Sequence record: SRR22947727_2277
Length of the DNA: 39,058 bases
Strand: one strand, 5' to 3'
Shown here: positions 36,292 to 39,058 of the stretch, one piece after another
How the letters are laid out: each line of letters begins with the position of its first letter
Numbering within the stretch: the first letter of the stretch is position 1
Position numbers and translations under genes: made by a program
The notes under the pieces: model-generated
Databases searched by the model: none
What the model saw: only the letters and a program-made list of their open reading frames with translations
Told to the model about the DNA's origin: nothing

Positions 36292-38927
36292 TATTCACTA
36301 TCTTGTTCACGTATTTCAATTGCTTTTTCAAGATCAACAGATACCAGTTGTGATACGCCTTGTTCAGGCATTGTTACACCAAAAAGTCTGTTTACTCTAG
36401 CCATAGTCATACGGTGATGCGTAATGACGAGAAACTTTGTGCTTGATGTTTTTGCAATTTCTTCAACAAGACTACAAAAACGGTCAACGTTAGTATCATC
36501 TAGTGGTGCATCAACCTCATCAAGAACACAAATCGGTGCAGGGTTTGATAAGAAAACAGCAAATAAAAGAGATAATGCAGTTAAGGCCTGTTCTCCCCCA
36601 GATAGTAATGTAAGATTTTGCAGTTTTTTCCCTGGAGGACTTGCATAAATCTCTAAGCCTGCTTGGAGAGGATCTGTCTCATCCGTAAACTTTAAATACG
36701 CTTTGCCGCCTCCAAATAATTGGATAAACAATTTTTGGAAATTTTCATTTACGACTCCATAGGCCGCTAATAAACGTTGGCGCCCCTCTGTGTTAAGTGA
36801 GTCAATTGCTTCGCGTAGTTTTGCAATAGCTGCTAATAAATCACTTTGATCATTCTTAATGGAGGAAACTTTTTGTTCAAGTTCTTGCGATTCTTGCTCA
36901 GCTAATAAGTTTACCCCACCTAATCTTTCTTGTTCTGCTATTAATCTCTCTAAACGTCTTTCTAAATCATTAACCTCACCTAATCCTTTATTTGGATTTA
37001 TTTCTGCGAGATCAAAAAGGCCATTTAATTCCACACCTATTCTCTCTTTAACTTGAGAGCTTAGTTGCTTGATTGTTTCATTAATTGTTCCAACTGTTCC
37101 CTCAAGTCGTATTTTTTCTTCACGTAATTCATTTAGTTTTACTTCTTCTAATTTTAATTTCTTATTTATTTCATTAGCAGCTTGTTCTTGCTGTTGGAGT
37201 TCGCCAGCTATTTTATCGTATTCTTGTTTGTTATCATTAATAAGGTTTTGTAATCGTGTTTTTTCTGAAGAGATAGTATTTGGCATTGAGCGCAATTCTT
37301 CAAGACCATCATTAAGTTTTATTTCTCTCTCTTTTAATTCCGTTATACGTTGTTCGGCTTTAGATGAAATGTCCATCCATTGTTTTTCTTCTTTAGAAAG
37401 CTGTTTAAGTCTTCTATTTTTAAGTTGTTCAAGAACTGCTTTTGTTGAGGAATTTTGTTTTCCTTTAGATACATATCCATCCCATCTCCATATTTCTCCT
37501 TCTAAACTAACTAAAATTTGACCAGGTTGTAAGCTTTCTTGAAGATGTAAAATATTAGATTTATCCTCAATTAACCCGACAAAATCTAGCTTTTTTTTCA
37601 AATTTTCAGGAGCTTTGATTAGGTTTGAGAATTTTTTTATTCCATCTGAAAAAACAGAGTTTTGATCATACGTTAAAACACGCCAATGACTCGCCTGCTC
37701 TTCATTGACGGACGCTATCAGTTCATCGGAAAATACTGCAGCAACTGCTTTTTCATACCCGTCTTCAAAATCTAAATAATCAATAATTGGATTATTATTT
37801 CGCTGACTACTTGAAGGGTCAGCATCTTGGTCGTTAGTATCTAAAAATAAATCCCCTTGTTGTTTTTCAAGAATAGATTTTTCTTCTCTAACTCTTTCCA
37901 TATTTTCATTTGCATCATCAAATAAGAATTGCTCTCTATCCATGTCATTTTTAATTTGCTGAATACGAATTTGTGTTTCTTCCACAGCGCTGTTTGCACG
38001 ATCAATTTCTTTTTCTTGATTATCCAAATTAATAGTATGTTTTTGAAGCTCAGATGCAATCTGACTTTCTTTTAGGCGCATGTTAGGTAAAGCTTCTTGA
38101 ACTTTTTCGTATTCTATATTTACTTTAGCAACTTCCTGCGTTTGATTAGAAACAATATTATTCTGATCTTTTAATTTAGAAGAGACCTCTTCTAATTTTG
38201 TTTTTTCTATTTCCCATTTTTTATAAAAAACTGCCGCTCTTGCTTTAGTGATATCTTTTTGAATATTTTTATATCGCTCTGCTTGCTTGGATTGTTTTTT
38301 TAGTAACTCCAATTGCTCTTCTTGTGTTTTTAACAAATCTTTTACGCGTTCAAGATTTGTCTCTGTTGCATTTAATCGCAACTCTGCCTCATGTCTTCTT
38401 GAATGCAATCCCGTAATACCAGCAGCCTCTTCTAATAGGCTTCTTCTTTGCTCAGGCTTAGCAGCAATTATAGCACCAACCCTTCCCTGACTAACCATCG
38501 ATGTTGATCTTGCTCCCGTTGATGCATCTGCAAATAATAATTGAACATCTTTTAGTCTGACTTCTTTCCCGTTAACCCGGTACTCAGAACCTTCACCACG
38601 CCATATACGTCTTGTTACTTCAATTTCATCATTTTGATTAAATAAGCTTGGTGCCTGGCGATCAGAATTATCAAGATAAATCGTAACTTCTGCAATATCC
38701 CATTTAGGACGTCCTGAGGTACCATTAAAAATAACATCATCTAGTTCACTGCCTCGCATTTGTTTGGGTGATAATTCTCCCATCACAAAACGGAAAGCTT
38801 CGACAAGATTGGATTTACCACAACCATTTGGACCAACAATACCAGTTAAGCCTTGCTCAATGATAACTTCAGTAGGTTCAACGAAAGACTTAAAGCCTTT
38901 AACTTTAAGCTTTTTAAATTTAATCAT
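36291..38927 (-). CDS. smc: Chromosome segregation protein SMC (short, 878 aa)
   Basis: GFKSF, Walker A GPNGCGKSN, Q-loop VSQG, EEAAG, hinge GYEKA...WRWDG, LSGGEQ and VLDEVDAPLD motifs. Confidence 0.95.
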   Translation of the reverse strand: MIKFKKLKVKGFKSFVEPTEVIIEQGLTGIVGPNGCGKSNLVEAFRFVMGELSPKQMRGSELDDVIFNGTSGRPKWDIAEVTIYLDNSDRQAPSLFNQNDEIEVTRRIWRGEGSEYRVNGKEVRLKDVQLLFADASTGARSTSMVSQGRVGAIIAAKPEQRRSLLEEAAGITGLHSRRHEAELRLNATETNLERVKDLLKTQEEQLELLKKQSKQAERYKNIQKDITKARAAVFYKKWEIEKTKLEEVSSKLKDQNNIVSNQTQEVAKVNIEYEKVQEALPNMRLKESQIASELQKHTINLDNQEKEIDRANSAVEETQIRIQQIKNDMDREQFLFDDANENMERVREEKSILEKQQGDLFLDTNDQDADPSSSQRNNNPIIDYLDFEDGYEKAVAAVFSDELIASVNEEQASHWRVLTYDQNSVFSDGIKKFSNLIKAPENLKKKLDFVGLIEDKSNILHLQESLQPGQILVSLEGEIWRWDGYVSKGKQNSSTKAVLEQLKNRRLKQLSKEEKQWMDISSKAEQRITELKEREIKLNDGLEELRSMPNTISSEKTRLQNLINDNKQEYDKIAGELQQQEQAANEINKKLKLEEVKLNELREEKIRLEGTVGTINETIKQLSSQVKERIGVELNGLFDLAEINPNKGLGEVNDLERRLERLIAEQERLGGVNLLAEQESQELEQKVSSIKNDQSDLLAAIAKLREAIDSLNTEGRQRLLAAYGVVNENFQKLFIQLFGGGKAYLKFTDETDPLQAGLEIYASPPGKKLQNLTLLSGGEQALTALSLLFAVFLSNPAPICVLDEVDAPLDDTNVDRFCSLVEEIAKTSSTKFLVITHHRMTMARVNRLFGVTMPEQGVSQLVSVDLEKAIEIREQDSE

Positions 38928-38930
38928 TAA

Positions 38931-39056
38931 TTATTGTGATAATATTTTATCAATGATTTGTCTAAATTCTTTTATATTTTTATTTCCTTCGATTAGATTC
39001 CCATTAATTACAAAAGTGGGAGTAGATTTAACATTAAAGTCTTTTTGAGCAGCCAT
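38931..39056 (-). CDS. DsbA/thioredoxin-fold protein, C-terminal part (runs off window)
   Basis: Minus-strand frame reads MAAQKDFNVKSTPTFVINGNLIEG...ILSQ-stop, with the cis-Pro TPTF.ING motif; dsbA-smc adjacency is common in alphaproteobacteria. Confidence 0.8.
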   Translation of the reverse strand: MAAQKDFNVKSTPTFVINGNLIEGNKNIKEFRQIIDKILSQ

Positions 39057-39058
39057 GA

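Noticed and set aside
35679-39048. Plus-strand ORFs antisense to atpB, atpI, smc and dsbA (including 37069-37521), and minus-strand alternate frame 37841-38059
   Set aside because: Typical shadow ORFs of conserved and coiled-coil genes.
1-39058. CRISPR arrays, tRNA/rRNA, IS elements, riboswitches and frameshifted pseudogenes (A/T homopolymer runs)
   Set aside because: No repeat-spacer structure, transposase or integrase seen. Intergenic gaps are all about 130 nt or less and AT-rich, and homopolymer runs stay in frame within full-length ORFs. A covariance-model search could not be run.

Overview
AT-rich (about 30% GC by eye), gene-dense window from a streamlined alphaproteobacterium, probably SAR11- or HIMB59/AEGEAN-169-like (taxon inferred). 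About 30 kb is carbohydrate catabolism, in three parts. (i) 1-15.2 kb is a non-phosphorylative L-sugar island: partial sterol-desaturase-like oxygenase, SMP-30 lactonase, IlvD/Edd L-arabinonate-type dehydratase, DHDPS-family 2-keto-3-deoxy-pentonate dehydratase, L-lyxonate-type enolase-family dehydratase, amidohydrolase lactonase, RhaSTPQ-like ABC transporter, LRA5-like SDR, RhaM, Gfo/Idh/MocA dehydrogenase, TIM-barrel isomerase and two PhyH-family Fe(II)/2-oxoglutarate dioxygenases. (ii) A linker holds an FAD 2-hydroxyacid dehydrogenase, a serine hydrolase and a DMT transporter. (iii) A polyol cluster holds xylB, a LacI regulator with a visible tandem operator, smoEFGK, mtlK, a Zn xylitol/sorbitol dehydrogenase, a galactitol-DH-like SDR and a GMC oxidoreductase. 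From 30.6 kb on is core genome: yceI, rnhA, thrB, ispH, a lipoprotein, the atp F0 genes, an unusually short smc and a partial dsbA. The best candidate for an undescribed system is the L-sugar island, where oxygenases embedded in a rhamnose/lyxose/arabinose pathway suggest removal of O-methyl or amino decorations from rare sugars (hypothesis). No RNA genes, CRISPR arrays or mobile elements were recognised. Family calls rest on motif recognition and recalled sequences, not database searches.
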